A stretch of DNA of 64,000 nucleotides from NCBI GenBank assembly GCA_965199675.1, contig CBDATI010000059.1, positions 78,291 to 142,290 of the forward strand, read 5' to 3'. Positions 17,821-29,161 of this stretch are shown one piece after another. The stretch is from Vicinamibacterales bacterium. Its GTDB lineage: Bacteria > Acidobacteriota > Vicinamibacteria > Vicinamibacterales > UBA8438. Made by a program: the position numbers and the translations under genes. Numbering within the stretch: position 1 is the stretch's first letter; each line of letters starts with the position of its first letter. A model generated the notes under the pieces. It did no database searches, was not told the origin of the DNA, and was given only the letters and a program-made list of their open reading frames with translations.

Positions 17821-18317
17821 ATGGCGACGGATGTCTTGCGGTTCGACACGCAGCAGGAAGCGGCCAGGCTCGGCTCCGCCGGGTTCCGCCAACGACAGGC
17901 GGAGGGCATCGCGGAGACGGTGGCGCGGGCCGTGGAGCCCTCGTGACGACGGGCGACCTGGCCGAGGCTGTTGCCAGCGTGAAAGAAGACATCACCACGG
18001 CGTTGAAGGCGGACATCGCCGCGCTGAAGACGGCGTTGAAGGCGGATCTCAATCGCCAGATGGCCGAGCTGAAGGCGGATATCAGCCGCCAGACGGCCGA
18101 TCTGAAGATCGAGCTGAAAGAAGACATCAGTCAGCAGACGACCGCGCTGAAAGACCGGATCCACGACACGGAGAACGATATCCACAAGGCCATCATCGAC
18201 GTTCACAAGGCCATCTACGTGCAGACCTGGCGCTTCGTCGCCATCATCTTCACGCTGTTCGCCGGCCAGGCCGCCTTCCTGCTCGGTCTGTTACGGCTGC
18301 TGGTCCCGCCGTCGTAG
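17821..18317 (+). pseudogene. DUF1640-like coiled-coil/C-terminal TM protein split into 41-aa and 124-aa ORFs (-1 frame change at a GTGA overlap)
   Basis: ORF1 is MATDVLRFDTQQEAARLGSAGFRQRQAEGIAETVARAVEPS* (SD GGAGG upstream). ORF2 starts at GTG 17943 as VTTGDLAEAVASVKEDITTALKADIAALK... and ends with the TM FVAIIFTLFAGQAAFLLGLL. As I recall them, DUF1640 proteins carry both parts in one chain. Confidence 0.55.
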
Positions 18318-18436
18318 CCGGGCGCCGCCTTGAACCGACGAGACGGGTGGGAACGGACGAGAAACGAGGACGACAGATCGCCGAGCGAGGTTGCGCGACG
18401 GAGGCCGACGACCTACCATCCCTTCCGGGAGATGCC

Positions 18437-21400
18437 ATGCGGATGACTTTTCTGCGGTTGTTGTTGACGGTGCTGGGTGCGGCGGCGGTGGCGGCTGGGC
18501 TCTACCCGGGCGGCGGTCCGGACCCGGCCCGCGCCCAGGGACCGGAGCGGGTCGAGTTCCACCGCGACGTGCGGCCGGTGCTCGCCGAGGCGTGCTTCGC
18601 GTGCCACGGGGCGTCCGAGGCGACCCGACAGGCCGAGCTGCGGCTCGACACCGCCGAGTTCATCGAGACCCACGTGCGGCCCGGCGACGCCGAGGGCAGC
18701 CCGCTGTTCCAGCGGCTGACGACCGACGAGCCGATCGCCCTCATGCCCCCGGCCTCGTCGGGGCGGTCGCTGACGGTCGACCAGATCCAGCTCGTGCGCA
18801 CCTGGATCGAGCAGGGCGCCCACCTCGGGACCGCGGCGGGCGCGGCGCCCTCGGTGGCCGCGCGCACCGTCGACTTCGCGCGCGAGGTGCGGCCGCTGCT
18901 CTCGCAGAACTGCTTCTCGTGCCACGGGCCCGACGAGGCGTCGCGTCAGGCCGGCCTGCGGCTCGACGTGCCCGAGGGGCCGTTCGCCGACCGCGGTCGC
19001 TACGGCGGTCCCGCCGTCGTCGCGGGAGACTCGGCCGCGAGCCTGCTCGTCCACCGTGTCGCGGCCGACGACGCGCGCGTCCGGATGCCCCGTGGCGGCG
19101 AGGCCCTCGACGAAGCCGAGGTCGAGACCCTGCGCCTGTGGATCGACCAGGGGGCGGAGTGGGAGTCGCACTGGGCGTTCATCCCCCCCGAGCGGCCCGC
19201 GGTGCCCCCGGTGGCGGACGCGGAATGGCCCCGCAGCGCCATCGACAACTTCGTGCTGCGGCGGCTCGAGGCCGAGGGACTGACCCCGTCGGACGAAGCG
19301 GACCGCGCGACCCTGCTGCGCCGCGTCACCCTCGACCTGACCGGCGTGCCCCCGACCCCGGCCGAGCTCGCCGACTTCCTGAACGACGACTCCGCCGACG
19401 CCTACGAGGAGGCCGTCGACCGGCTGCTCGCGTCGCCGCGCTACGGCGAGCGCATGGCCGTGGAGTGGCTCGACGCCGCCCGCTACGCCGACACCAACGG
19501 TTACCAGACCGACGGCGAGCGGTCGATGTGGCGCTGGCGCGACTGGGTCATCGACGCCTACAACGCCAACATGCCGTTCGACCAGTTCACGGTCGAGCAG
19601 CTCGCGGGCGACATGCTGCCCGGCGCGACGCTGGAGCAGCGCATCGCCACCGCGTTCAACCGCAACCACAGCCTGAACAGCGAGGGCGGCATCGTCGTCG
19701 ACGAGTTCCTCGCCGAGTACGGCGTCGACCGCGTGTCGACCACCGGCACCGTGTGGATGGGCCTGACCCTGGGCTGCGCGCGCTGCCACGACCACAAGTT
19801 CGACCCGATCTCGCAGAAGGAGTTCTACGAGGTCATGGCGAACTTCAACAACATCCCCGAGCGGGGCAAGGGCTTCAAGTACGTGAACTCGCCGCCCCTG
19901 GTGACCGCCCCCACCGACGAACAGCAGTCCGACCTGGACGCGCTCGACGCCGAGCTCGCCGAGGCGCGGGCCGCGCTGGCCGCCCTCGACGCAGACGCGA
20001 CGGCGGCCCGCGCCGAGTGGGAGGCCGCGCTCGAGGCGGCGGGGCCCGTCGACTGGAACCTCCGCGACGGACTGCTCGCCTATCACGCCTTCGAGGGGAC
20101 CATCGACGGCATCCAGACGTCGACGGACGTGCCGGCGGTGCTCGAGGACGGGCTGCCGCAGTTCTATCCCGGCGTCCTCGGCTACGCCGCGAGCTTCGAC
20201 GGGCGGCGCTTCGTCAACGCCGGCCACCACCCGGACGTCGGCTACGACGACGCGTTCAGCGTCGCGGCGTGGATGTACCCGACGGCCGAGAACGGGGTGA
20301 TCGTCTCGCGCGCGGCCGGCGGCGACCAGGGCGAGGTGGGCTGGGGCCTCTACCTCGAGGACGGCCGACTTCGTCTCAACCTGTCGACGCGCGTGCTCGA
20401 CGACGGGGTGGCGGCGGAGACTGTCGACGATATCGCGCTCGGCCGGTGGCAGCACGTGGTCGCCACCTACGACGGGTCGAAGACCCCCGAGGGCATCCGC
20501 ATCTACGTCGACGGCCGCCTGCAGGCGATCGAGCCGCTGCTCGACCTGGTCGGCAACCGGTTGCCGGCGACGCGCTACCCCCTGCGCATCGGGGCCAGCG
20601 GGTCTGACAAGCCGCGGTTCCGGGGCAGCCTCGACGAGGTCCGCATCTACGAGGGGGTGCTCTCTCCGGCCGAGGCGGCGGTGGTGGCGACACCGGAGTC
20701 GCTCGGGCAGATCGCGGCCCTCGAGCCCGGCCAGCGGACCGCGGCCCAGGCCGACAAGCTGCGGCTGGCGTTCCTCGACCAGTACGCGCCGCCCGCCGTG
20801 CAGCAGGCGGTGCGCGAGGTCGCCCGCCTCGAGCGGCAGCGCGACGAGCTGTGGGCGAGCTTCCCGACCGTCATGGTCATGGAGGAGCGGACCTCCCGCA
20901 AGCCCACCTACCGGCTGAACCGCGGGGCCTACGACAGCCCCGCCGAAGAGGTGTTCCCCGGCGTGCCCGCCGTGCTGCCGCCGCTGCCGGAGGGCGTCGA
21001 GGCCAACCGCCTGTCGTTCGCGCGCTGGCTCGTCGACCCCGGGCACCCGCTGACGGCCCGGGTCACCGTGAACCGGTTCTGGCAGATGTACTTCGGCACG
21101 GGCCTCGTCAAGACGGCCGAGAACTTCGGCACCCAGGGCGAGTTCCCCAGCCACCCCGAGCTGCTCGACTGGCTGGCCACCGAGTTCATCGACTCGGGCT
21201 GGGACGTCAAGGCCCTGCAGCGGGCCATCGTGACCAGCGCCGCCTACCGCCAGGCGTCTCACGTCACCGCCGACGAGTACGAGAGCGACCCCGAGAACCG
21301 CCTGCTCGCGCGCGGTCCCCGGCTGCGCCTGCCGGCGCCGATGATCCGCGACCAGGCCCTCGCCCTGTCCGGCCTTCTCGTCGAGAAGGTGGGCGGGCCG

Positions 21401-21949
21401 TCGGTCAAGCCGTACCAGCCCGAGGGCCTGTGGGCCGACATGGTCGAGGGCGGCTACGGCGACTATGTGCAGGCGACCGGCGACGACCTCTACCGCCGCA
21501 GCCTCTACACGTTCTGGAAGCGCACCCTCGGGCCGCCGACGATGATGACGTTCGACGCGTCGACTCGCGAGACGTGCATCGTGAGGACCGGCCGCACCAA
21601 CACGCCGCTCCAGGCCCTGAACCTGATGAACGACGTGACCTATGTGGAGGCGGCCCGCCGCCTCGCCGAGCGCATGATGACCGAGGGCGGGGAGACGCCG
21701 GAAGACCGCATCGGCTACGCGTACCTGCTGGCCACTGCCCGCCGGCCGCCGACGGCCGCCCGCGAGATTCTCGTCGACGGCTACCGGCGGCACCTCGACC
21801 GCTACCAGGCCGAACGCGGCGCCGCCCTCGAGCTCGTCAGCCTGGGCGAGTCGGGGCGGGACGAGACCCTCGACGTGGCCGAGCTGGCGTCGTACACGAT
21901 GGTCGCTAACCTGATCCTGAACTTCGACGGCACGATCACGAAGGAATAG
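18437..21949 (+). CDS. PSCyt1(x2)/PSCyt2(DUF1549)/LamG/PSD1(DUF1553) domain protein
   Basis: The true start [21 protein letters not shown] lies inside ORF 17831..21949. Motifs are CFACHG and CFSCHG (haem-binding-like), [47 protein letters not shown] (DUF1549), LDEVRIY (LamG-like) and a DUF1553-type C-terminus. Confidence 0.9.
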   Translation: MRMTFLRLLLTVLGAAAVAAGLYPGGGPDPARAQGPERVEFHRDVRPVLAEACFACHGASEATRQAELRLDTAEFIETHVRPGDAEGSPLFQRLTTDEPIALMPPASSGRSLTVDQIQLVRTWIEQGAHLGTAAGAAPSVAARTVDFAREVRPLLSQNCFSCHGPDEASRQAGLRLDVPEGPFADRGRYGGPAVVAGDSAASLLVHRVAADDARVRMPRGGEALDEAEVETLRLWIDQGAEWESHWAFIPPERPAVPPVADAEWPRSAIDNFVLRRLEAEGLTPSDEADRATLLRRVTLDLTGVPPTPAELADFLNDDSADAYEEAVDRLLASPRYGERMAVEWLDAARYADTNGYQTDGERSMWRWRDWVIDAYNANMPFDQFTVEQLAGDMLPGATLEQRIATAFNRNHSLNSEGGIVVDEFLAEYGVDRVSTTGTVWMGLTLGCARCHDHKFDPISQKEFYEVMANFNNIPERGKGFKYVNSPPLVTAPTDEQQSDLDALDAELAEARAALAALDADATAARAEWEAALEAAGPVDWNLRDGLLAYHAFEGTIDGIQTSTDVPAVLEDGLPQFYPGVLGYAASFDGRRFVNAGHHPDVGYDDAFSVAAWMYPTAENGVIVSRAAGGDQGEVGWGLYLEDGRLRLNLSTRVLDDGVAAETVDDIALGRWQHVVATYDGSKTPEGIRIYVDGRLQAIEPLLDLVGNRLPATRYPLRIGASGSDKPRFRGSLDEVRIYEGVLSPAEAAVVATPESLGQIAALEPGQRTAAQADKLRLAFLDQYAPPAVQQAVREVARLERQRDELWASFPTVMVMEERTSRKPTYRLNRGAYDSPAEEVFPGVPAVLPPLPEGVEANRLSFARWLVDPGHPLTARVTVNRFWQMYFGTGLVKTAENFGTQGEFPSHPELLDWLATEFIDSGWDVKALQRAIVTSAAYRQASHVTADEYESDPENRLLARGPRLRLPAPMIRDQALALSGLLVEKVGGPSVKPYQPEGLWADMVEGGYGDYVQATGDDLYRRSLYTFWKRTLGPPTMMTFDASTRETCIVRTGRTNTPLQALNLMNDVTYVEAARRLAERMMTEGGETPEDRIGYAYLLATARRPPTAAREILVDGYRRHLDRYQAERGAALELVSLGESGRDETLDVAELASYTMVANLILNFDGTITKE

Positions 21950-22022
21950 ACCGGACCGGCGCCTGGCCGCTGGACACGATTGGACGGCACGAACGACTGG
22001 ACGGCACGAGCGAGAGGAACCG

Positions 22023-23486
22023 ATGATGGACGCGCATCTCGAACGGCTACTGACCCGGCGGCGCTTCTTCGAGCTCACGAGCACCGGCATCGGGACCGCG
22101 GCCCTGGCCACGCTCTTCGGGCAGGACCTGGCGGCCCAGGCTCCCGGCGGCGGTGTCCCGGCGCCTATCGGCGCCCTGCCCGGCCTGCCGCACCATGCGC
22201 CGAAAGCCCGGCGCATCATCTACCTGTTCCAGTCCGGCGCCCCGTCGCAGCACGAGCTGTGGGACTATAAGCCGGCCCTCGCGCAGATGGTCGGTGAGGA
22301 CCTGCCGCCGTCGGTGCGCGGCGATCAGCGCGTCACCACGATGACGGCGGGGCAGGAGCGGTTTCCGCTCGTGCCGTCGATGTTCGAGTTCAGGCAGCAC
22401 GGCGCGACGGGCGCCTGGGTCAGCGACCTCATGCCCCACACCGCCAAGATCGTCGACGAGCTGTGCTTCATCAAGTCGATGCACACCGAGGCGATCAACC
22501 ACGACCCCGGCATCACCTTCTTTCAGACCGGGGCCCAGCTCGCGGGCCGCCCCAGCATGGGGGCGTGGCTGTCGTACGGCCTCGGCAGCATGAACGCCGA
22601 CCTGCCGACCTTCGTCGCCATGATTTCCAAGGGCTCGGCCCAGACCGGTCAGCCTCTCTACGACCGCCTGTGGGGCAGCGGCTTCCTCCCCACCCGCTAC
22701 CAGGGCGTGAAGTTCCTCTCGACCGGCGACCCCGTGCTCTACCTGTCGAACCCCCCGGGCGTCGACCAGGGCACGCGCCGCCGCTACCTGGACGACCTCG
22801 GTGCGCTGAACCGCCTGAAGGAGGCCGAGTACGGCGACCCCGAGACGAGCACGCGCATCTCCCAGTACGAGATGGCCTACCGCATGCAGAGCTCGGTGCC
22901 CGAGCTGACCGACCTGTCGGACGAGCCCGACAGCACCTTCGAGCTCTACGGCCCCGACTCGCGCACCCCCGGCACCTTCGCCCGCAACTGCCTGCTCGCC
23001 CGCCGGCTCGCCGAGCGCGACGTCCGGTTCATCCAGTGCTTCCACCGCGGCTGGGACCAGCACACGCGCCTTCCCCGCGGCATCCAGCGCCAGGCCCGCG
23101 ACGTCGACCAGGCCCAGGCCGCCCTCGTCACCGACCTCAAGCAGCGCGGACTGCTCGACGACACCCTCGTCGTCTGGGGCGGCGAGTTCGGCCGCAGCGC
23201 CTACTGCCAGGGCGTGTTCAACGAGGACACCTACGGGCGCGACCACCACCCCCGCTGCTTCACCATCTGGATGGCCGGCGGCGGCGTCAGGCCCGGCGTC
23301 ACCCATGGCGCGAGCGACGACTTCTCGTACAACATCGCCCGCGACCCGGTGCACATCCACGACCTGCACGCCACCATGCTGCACCTCCTCGGCATCGACC
23401 ACACCCGGCTGACCTATGCCTACCAGGGGCGGAACTTCCGCCTGACCGACGTGGCCGGCCGGGTGGTGAACGGCATTCTGACGTAA
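22023..23486 (+). CDS. DUF1501 (sulfatase-like) protein with Tat signal
   Basis: It has [18 protein letters not shown] (twin-arginine) and typical DUF1501 motifs ([30 protein letters not shown]). It is the canonical partner of DUF1549/DUF1553 genes. Confidence 0.9.
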   Translation: MMDAHLERLLTRRRFFELTSTGIGTAALATLFGQDLAAQAPGGGVPAPIGALPGLPHHAPKARRIIYLFQSGAPSQHELWDYKPALAQMVGEDLPPSVRGDQRVTTMTAGQERFPLVPSMFEFRQHGATGAWVSDLMPHTAKIVDELCFIKSMHTEAINHDPGITFFQTGAQLAGRPSMGAWLSYGLGSMNADLPTFVAMISKGSAQTGQPLYDRLWGSGFLPTRYQGVKFLSTGDPVLYLSNPPGVDQGTRRRYLDDLGALNRLKEAEYGDPETSTRISQYEMAYRMQSSVPELTDLSDEPDSTFELYGPDSRTPGTFARNCLLARRLAERDVRFIQCFHRGWDQHTRLPRGIQRQARDVDQAQAALVTDLKQRGLLDDTLVVWGGEFGRSAYCQGVFNEDTYGRDHHPRCFTIWMAGGGVRPGVTHGASDDFSYNIARDPVHIHDLHATMLHLLGIDHTRLTYAYQGRNFRLTDVAGRVVNGILT

Positions 23487-23840
23487 CGGGTGGCGGCGGC
23501 GACCGGCGTCATGGCAAGGACGTCTGCAGGACGTTCATCGGGGAGTCGGTGCCGGGGTTGGCGCCGCTGCCAGCCGAACGCGCGAGGATGGTCGCAGTCC
23601 CGATGCCTGGTTCTGGGGCGCACCATGTAGGCCCCGATCAGCAGGTCGAGGTAGCGGCGGACGGTCTTGTCGGAAGCGGCGATGGCCCGCGCACCCCGGC
23701 ATGGTGCACGGCCGGGTGGTGGACTGCACCTTGGCGTGACGGCGCCGCGGCCGACCCGTTCCCGGTTCGGGAGCGGGCGACCGTTCGCCGATTGCTCGGG
23801 CAGGAAAGCCTGCGGGCCTGAACTGGCGTTCCCGCCACCT

Positions 23841-24058
23841 TCACCCGTCCTCGAGGAGGAAACGCCACACCGGGACCACGTCGATGCGGCCGGCCTCGAC
23901 CGCAACCGTTTCTTCCTCGTCACGGGTCACGATGGCGCCCTCCCGCACCCCGAGCGCGGTCATCGCGTGATTGAGCGCCGCGACTTCCGGCGCGGGATCC
24001 CGGTTGGCAGATCGGCCTCGCGGAAGTCGAGGATGATGTCGCGCAGCGAGTCGGGCAT
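23841..24058 (-). pseudogene. remnant of an AAA-ATPase (AAA_14/DUF4143 family) gene with a large internal deletion
   Basis: The minus strand encodes MPDSLRDIILDFREADLPTGIPR, a typical family N-terminus. This is joined out of frame to ..PEVAALNHAMTALGVREGAIVTRDEEETVAVEAGRIDVVPVWRFLLEDG*, a typical family C-terminus. A further short mid-gene-like piece (ARAIAASDKTVRRYLDLLIGAYMVR) lies at about 23610-23690. Confidence 0.6.
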
Positions 24059-24125
24059 GGTTTCTGGTCATGATTGTCATCGAAAAACGGCTGGATTGGC
24101 AACAATCGTGACCGGTTTCAGAGGC

Positions 24126-25268
24126 ATGTGGTACGTTCATCGGACCGATTTACAGGTCGAGAAAGCAGAGCACGTCAGAACGTCTGCTTCTCCCGAGTGG
24201 CGGGCTGCTGCGTCGAGCTGCCAGAGGTGGCCCGACCGCGCGCTTCGACGAGCGGAAGGCTATCGAGGCTGTCGCGTCTACGGCGGGGTGGCGGTGGCGC
24301 TTTGCGTTTGGACCGGGCTGGCCGCGCAGCAACAGCCGCCGCTGGTCGAGCGGGTCGAGGTTGCGCGCGTCCTGATCGATGTGCGGGTCATCGGCGACGA
24401 GGGCGAGCCGGTGGCGGGGCTGGAGCCCGACGACTTCGACGTTCGCATCGGCGGCGCGCCGGTGGACGTCGAGTCGGCCCTGTGGCTCGGCGCCGGCGAG
24501 CCCCATCGGGCGCCCCTGCCTTCGACCGACCTCACCGCCGTCCTCGCCCCGCGCGACCGCCGGCAGCTCGTGGTGTTCTTCGTGCAGAAGAGTCTGGAGG
24601 CGGACCGGGCGCTGGGTCTGCTGCGGCTGCTGCAGGACAGCGACCGCCTGCTCGCGGGCGTCGGGCCGGACGATCGGGTGGCGGTGGTCTCGTTCGAGCA
24701 CCACTTCAAGATCTGGCTCGACTTCACCGCCGACCTCGACCGCGCGCGCGCCGTGCTCGCCTGGGATGTGATGCACGAGGAGCCGCCGGTGCTCGAGCCG
24801 CGGGCCGGGCCCTCGATCGCGGCGGGGATCGACCCGGCGGAGGGGCGGCGGATCTGGCGCGTCGAGGACGCGCTCAGGCGGGTCGGCGAGGTGCTCGAAC
24901 CCCTGCCCGGGTCGAAGTCGGTGATCCTGATCGGTTACGGTTTCGACCACGGGTTCAAGCGCTACGAACGGGCCCTCGACGCGCTCGATGCAGCGCGCGC
25001 CGCCGTGTTTTCGCTCGACGTGACCCAGGCCGACTATCACACCTTCGAGCATGCTCTGCGCGACGTGTCGCACCACACCGGCGGGTTGTTCCTGACGACC
25101 TTCCACCAGCCGCGGCGCGCCATCGAGCGGGTGGCCAACGCGGTCGGCGGTCGCTACGTGCTGTTCACCCGGGCGCCCGACCTCGAGCCCGGTTCCCACG
25201 CCATCGACGTGGAGTTGCGGCGCGGCGACGGGCGCGTGCTGGCCCGCAGCACGTACGTCCACGAGTAG
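24126..25268 (+). CDS. VWA-domain protein (acidobacterial VWFA-related type)
   Basis: The internal start of ORF 23667..25268 is uncertain (ATG 24126 or a later GTG). It has a hydrophobic leader VAVALCVWTGLAAQQ, then VARVLIDVRV..G.PV.GL..DDF.V..G and a RQLVVFFVQ VWA-like core. Confidence 0.7.
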   Translation: MWYVHRTDLQVEKAEHVRTSASPEWRAAASSCQRWPDRALRRAEGYRGCRVYGGVAVALCVWTGLAAQQQPPLVERVEVARVLIDVRVIGDEGEPVAGLEPDDFDVRIGGAPVDVESALWLGAGEPHRAPLPSTDLTAVLAPRDRRQLVVFFVQKSLEADRALGLLRLLQDSDRLLAGVGPDDRVAVVSFEHHFKIWLDFTADLDRARAVLAWDVMHEEPPVLEPRAGPSIAAGIDPAEGRRIWRVEDALRRVGEVLEPLPGSKSVILIGYGFDHGFKRYERALDALDAARAAVFSLDVTQADYHTFEHALRDVSHHTGGLFLTTFHQPRRAIERVANAVGGRYVLFTRAPDLEPGSHAIDVELRRGDGRVLARSTYVHE

Positions 25269-25369
25269 TCTGCGCGCAGTGGAACGGCGCGGACTGCCGC
25301 GGGTTGGTTGGGCGCCGGGGCGGAGCCGTCAGGCGTCGATTGGCGGGCGAGGAACGCGCCGCGAGCCCG

Positions 25370-25375
25370 TATAAT
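25370..25375 (+). promoter_or_regulatory. -10-like TATAAT upstream of the DUF1592-family gene
   Basis: gagcccgTATAATgagcg lies 60 nt upstream of ATG 25436. No convincing -35 was seen. Confidence 0.35.
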
Positions 25376-25435
25376 GAGCGCGTGAAGGTGCCTGCTCGCA
25401 CGGGCGGTCGAGACGATTCGGCATCGGGGATTCGC

Positions 25436-27454
25436 ATGATGAGAAGCAGCGCTCGCCCGGCGGGCGTGGTCGCCCTGCTGTTCGCCGGTGCGTTGTGGAC
25501 GGCCGCGGCCGCTTCGGCCCAGCCGGACGCCGGCGCCCACGCCGTCGCTCCCCTGGTCGAGCAGTACTGCTACCGCTGCCACGGGCCGCAGACCCAGACG
25601 GCCGGCATCAACCTCGCCACGCTCGTCGCCGAGCGCCCCCTCGTCCGCAACCGCGAGACCTGGGAGCGCGTCATCGAGGCCCTCGACCAGGGCGAGATGC
25701 CGCCGGCCGCTGCCCCGCCGCTGCCGCCCGAGGTGCGGCGGCGGATGGCCGCCCTGCTGCATCGGGACATCGAGGAGTTCGACTATTCGACCCTCGACGA
25801 CCCCGGCTTCGAGCTGATGCGGCGGCTCACCCACACCGAATACGACAACACCGTCCGCGACCTGTTCGGGGTCGCGCTGAACGTCACCGACCGGTTTCCC
25901 GACGAGCTGACGGGGTCGAGCGGGTTCGACAACTCGTCGAACACCCTGTTCCTGCAGCCGGCGCTCATGGAGCGCTACATCGCGGCGGCCGAGCGCGTCG
26001 TCGAGCTCGCCCTGCCCGCCGAGCCGACCGATGTCCGCCACTTCGTGTCCCGCGCGCTGGTGTTCGTGGCGACGCCGGGTGACGGGCTCGGCGAGGAGGA
26101 CGCGGCCGAGGCGGTGCTCGATCGGTTCCTGGGGCGAGCCTACCGCCGTCCGGCCACCGCCGGCGAGGTCGAGCAGGCGCTCGACCGGTACCGCATCGGC
26201 CGCGCGGCGGGGCTCGACCACGAGCCTGCGGTCAAGCGGGTGCTGCAATCCGTCCTGATCTCGCCCAAGTTCCTGCTTCGGGTCGAGCGCGGCCGCAAGG
26301 GCGGCGACGCCTACCGGGTCGACGACTGGGAGCTGGCCTCGCGCCTGTCCTACTTCCTCTGGGCCTCGATGCCCGACCAGGCGCTGTTCGACCTCGCGGC
26401 GCGCGGAGAGTTGCACGACGCCGAGACGCTGCGCGCCCAGGTCGCGCGGATGCTCGCCGACCCGAAGGCCGACACCCTGGGGACGGTGTTCGCCGCCCAG
26501 TGGCTCGGCTTCCAGCACGTCGGCGTCCGCATCTGGCTCGACCCCATCGACAACCCCTGGTGCACCGCGTCGCTGATGACCGCCATGCGCGACGAGTCGG
26601 CGCTGTTCTTCCTGTCGCTGCTCCGCGAGGACCGGCCCATCCACGAGCTCATCGACGCCGACTACACCTACGTCAACGAGGAGTTGGCGGGCACCCTGTA
26701 CGCCATGGACGGCGTCCGCGGCGAGCACATGCGGCGCGTCGCCCTCGACGACCCCAACCGCGGCGGGGTCCTGGGGCAGCCCAGCATCCTCGCCCTGACC
26801 TCGAACTACAAGGACACGAGTCCGGTCAAGCGGGGCAACTACGTGCTCGACGTGCTGCTCGGCACGCCGCCCCCGCCGCCCCCGCCCAACGCCGGGGTGC
26901 TGAGCGAGGAGGTGGCCGACCTGCGCGGGCTCAGCTTCCGCGAGAAGCTCGAGATGCACTCGAGCAACGAGACCTGCGCGGCGTGTCACCGCCGCATCGA
27001 TCCCATCGGCTTCAGTCTCGAGAACTTCGACTATTTCGGGCGCTGGCGCGAGACCTATCACTTCCGGCAGCGCGTGGACGACCCCGCCGAGGCCGACGAG
27101 ACCGTCGAGATCCAGACCGAGACCAGCCCCGACCCCGTCGTGCGGTACTACAAGAACACCCACCGGATCATCGCCGCGGACGGGGCCCTGCCCGACGGGA
27201 CGCCGTTCGTGGGCCCCGCGGGGTTGAAGCGGGCCCTCCTCGAGCACCGGCACGACGACCTCGTGCGGCAGGTGGTGTCGAAGATGCTCGCCTACGCCCT
27301 CGGCCGCCAGCTCGAGTACTACGACGAGCCCGCGGTGCGCGCGATCGTCGCCGCCCTCGAGGCCGACGGCTACCGGTTCCAGACCCTGCTGCAGGCGATC
27401 GTGGCCAGCTACCCCTTCCAGTACAAGAAGAACCGCGTCGAGGAGACCGACTGA
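25436..27454 (+). CDS. DUF1592/DUF1595/DUF1587/DUF1588/DUF1585-type protein (cytochrome-like N-terminus)
   Basis: The true start MMRSSARPAGVVALLFAGALWTAAAASA lies inside ORF 24074..27454. Motifs are CYRCHG and CAACHRRIDPIGFSLENFDYFGRWR. Confidence 0.88.
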   Translation: MMRSSARPAGVVALLFAGALWTAAAASAQPDAGAHAVAPLVEQYCYRCHGPQTQTAGINLATLVAERPLVRNRETWERVIEALDQGEMPPAAAPPLPPEVRRRMAALLHRDIEEFDYSTLDDPGFELMRRLTHTEYDNTVRDLFGVALNVTDRFPDELTGSSGFDNSSNTLFLQPALMERYIAAAERVVELALPAEPTDVRHFVSRALVFVATPGDGLGEEDAAEAVLDRFLGRAYRRPATAGEVEQALDRYRIGRAAGLDHEPAVKRVLQSVLISPKFLLRVERGRKGGDAYRVDDWELASRLSYFLWASMPDQALFDLAARGELHDAETLRAQVARMLADPKADTLGTVFAAQWLGFQHVGVRIWLDPIDNPWCTASLMTAMRDESALFFLSLLREDRPIHELIDADYTYVNEELAGTLYAMDGVRGEHMRRVALDDPNRGGVLGQPSILALTSNYKDTSPVKRGNYVLDVLLGTPPPPPPPNAGVLSEEVADLRGLSFREKLEMHSSNETCAACHRRIDPIGFSLENFDYFGRWRETYHFRQRVDDPAEADETVEIQTETSPDPVVRYYKNTHRIIAADGALPDGTPFVGPAGLKRALLEHRHDDLVRQVVSKMLAYALGRQLEYYDEPAVRAIVAALEADGYRFQTLLQAIVASYPFQYKKNRVEETD

Positions 27455-28818
27455 TGCCGACTCGCCGCCTGTCACGCCGCACCGTGTTGCGCGGGCTCGG
27501 GGCTGCCGTGGCCCTCCCGCTGCTCGACGTCATGCCCGCCGCCGCGTCCGGGGCCGGGGGCGCGGCGGAGGGCGCCTCGGCTTCCGCGAACCGGCTGGCC
27601 TATCTCTACTTTCCGAACGGGATCCCCCGCGGCGCCTGGTATCCGGAAAAGACCGGCGCCGGGGGACGGCTCGTGAAGCTCAACGAGTGGATGAGCCCTC
27701 TGGAGCCGTTCAAGGAGCACCTCCTCATTCCCACCAACATCTGGACGCCCAGGGGCAACGGGCACGTGGGCGGGCCCCCGACGTGGCTGACCGGCGGCGA
27801 CTACGACCGCCTCGCGGTCAACGCCGGCGGGGTGTCGGCCGACCAGGTCGCGGCCCGTCACCTGCGCGACGAGACGATGCTGCCGTCGCTCGAACTGTCG
27901 GTGCAGGGCGAGGGGTTCTTCTCGAACTCGCTGCCGCGCAACGCCATCTCGTGGTCGGCGCCTGACCGGCCGATGGCCCGCGAGATCGAGCCCCGCGCCG
28001 TCTTCGACCGGATGTTCCGCCCGCCGTCGGGGGGCGCGACCGACCGCTCGGTCATGGACGCGGTGCTCGCCGACGCGCGGGCCCTAGGCCACTACGTCAG
28101 CACCGCGGACCGCTACCGGCTCGACGAGTACTTCGAGTCGATCCGGGCGCTGGAGCGCCGCATCGAGTTCGCAGAGCGCCGTTCGACCGAGGTGCGCGAC
28201 GACGGGGCGCTGACCGACACCCTCGTGACGCCCACCCCGGGCATCCCGACCGAACACGAGTCGTACGTGCGGCTGATGATGGACCTGATGGTGGCCGCGT
28301 TCCAGTCCGACGCCACCCGCGTCTGCACGTTCATGCTCGACCACGGGCAGTCGAACCGCTACTTCAACTTCATCGAAGGCGTGCGCGGCACTTGGCACGC
28401 GCTGTCGCACTACAAGAACGCCTCGGGCAAGACCGAGGACGACGACGGCGTCACCTCGTGGGACTCGGTGGAGCAGAAGCGGGCGATGTACGCCGAGGTC
28501 ATCCGCTGGCACCACCGCCAGGTCGCGTATCTGCTCGAACGGCTCAGAGCGGTGCGCGAGCCGAACGGCGGGACCCTGCTCGACAACAGCGCGATCGTCT
28601 ATGGCGCGACCCTCGGCGACGGCAACGAGCACGACGCCCGGCACCTGCCGACCCTGCTCGCGGGCGGCGGGGGCGGAACCATCGCGGCCGGGCGCTTCCT
28701 CGAGCACGCCGAGCCGACCGACCTCGCGCGCATCCACGTGTCGCTGCTGCAGGGGATGGGGGTGCCGATCGAACGGTTCGGCGCCGCCGGCGGTCCGCTG
28801 GAAGGGCTGGCGGGATGA
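27454..28818 (+). CDS. DUF1552 protein (Tat-like signal)
   Basis: MPTRRLSRRTVLRGLGAAVALPLL. The ATG overlaps the upstream stop codon (TGATG). It is the canonical partner of DUF1592-family genes. Confidence 0.88.
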   Translation: MPTRRLSRRTVLRGLGAAVALPLLDVMPAAASGAGGAAEGASASANRLAYLYFPNGIPRGAWYPEKTGAGGRLVKLNEWMSPLEPFKEHLLIPTNIWTPRGNGHVGGPPTWLTGGDYDRLAVNAGGVSADQVAARHLRDETMLPSLELSVQGEGFFSNSLPRNAISWSAPDRPMAREIEPRAVFDRMFRPPSGGATDRSVMDAVLADARALGHYVSTADRYRLDEYFESIRALERRIEFAERRSTEVRDDGALTDTLVTPTPGIPTEHESYVRLMMDLMVAAFQSDATRVCTFMLDHGQSNRYFNFIEGVRGTWHALSHYKNASGKTEDDDGVTSWDSVEQKRAMYAEVIRWHHRQVAYLLERLRAVREPNGGTLLDNSAIVYGATLGDGNEHDARHLPTLLAGGGGGTIAAGRFLEHAEPTDLARIHVSLLQGMGVPIERFGAAGGPLEGLAG

Positions 28819-29161
28819 GGCGGCCGACACCGGTCCCGTTCAGCCGGCTTGCGCAAAGTCACAGGACGGTGACGGGCGCTTGGTACTGCGGTCGGCCCGC
28901 CGGAAGCCCCCGGGTGGCGCACCTTCGAATCCAGAGTCCCGATATCGAAGGCGCGGATTGGTTCTGTACACAGTTGCGGGTGGCGAACTCCCGGCCGGGC
29001 CGCGGGGTTGGCCGGGTGCACGAGATGCGACGCGGCCGGGGGGGGCAGTGCGGCAGGCCGACGGGGCATGCAGTGCCGCCGAAGCCCCGGACAGCGCACG
29101 TCGAGCGAGAAACTCCCCGCCGTCGTTGCCGGCGGCGGGATGGAGGTGGAGGCCGGTGAAG

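Noticed and set aside
28924-28932. TTCGAATCC, the classic tRNA T-loop sequence, in the DUF1552-P460 spacer. It could be a tRNA gene or a tRNA-derived att remnant.
   Set aside because: The flanking bases do not form a T-stem (gcacc vs ccaga), and no acceptor or anticodon arms could be drawn. At most it is an imperfect hairpin (GCGC-CTTCGA..TCGAAGGCGC).
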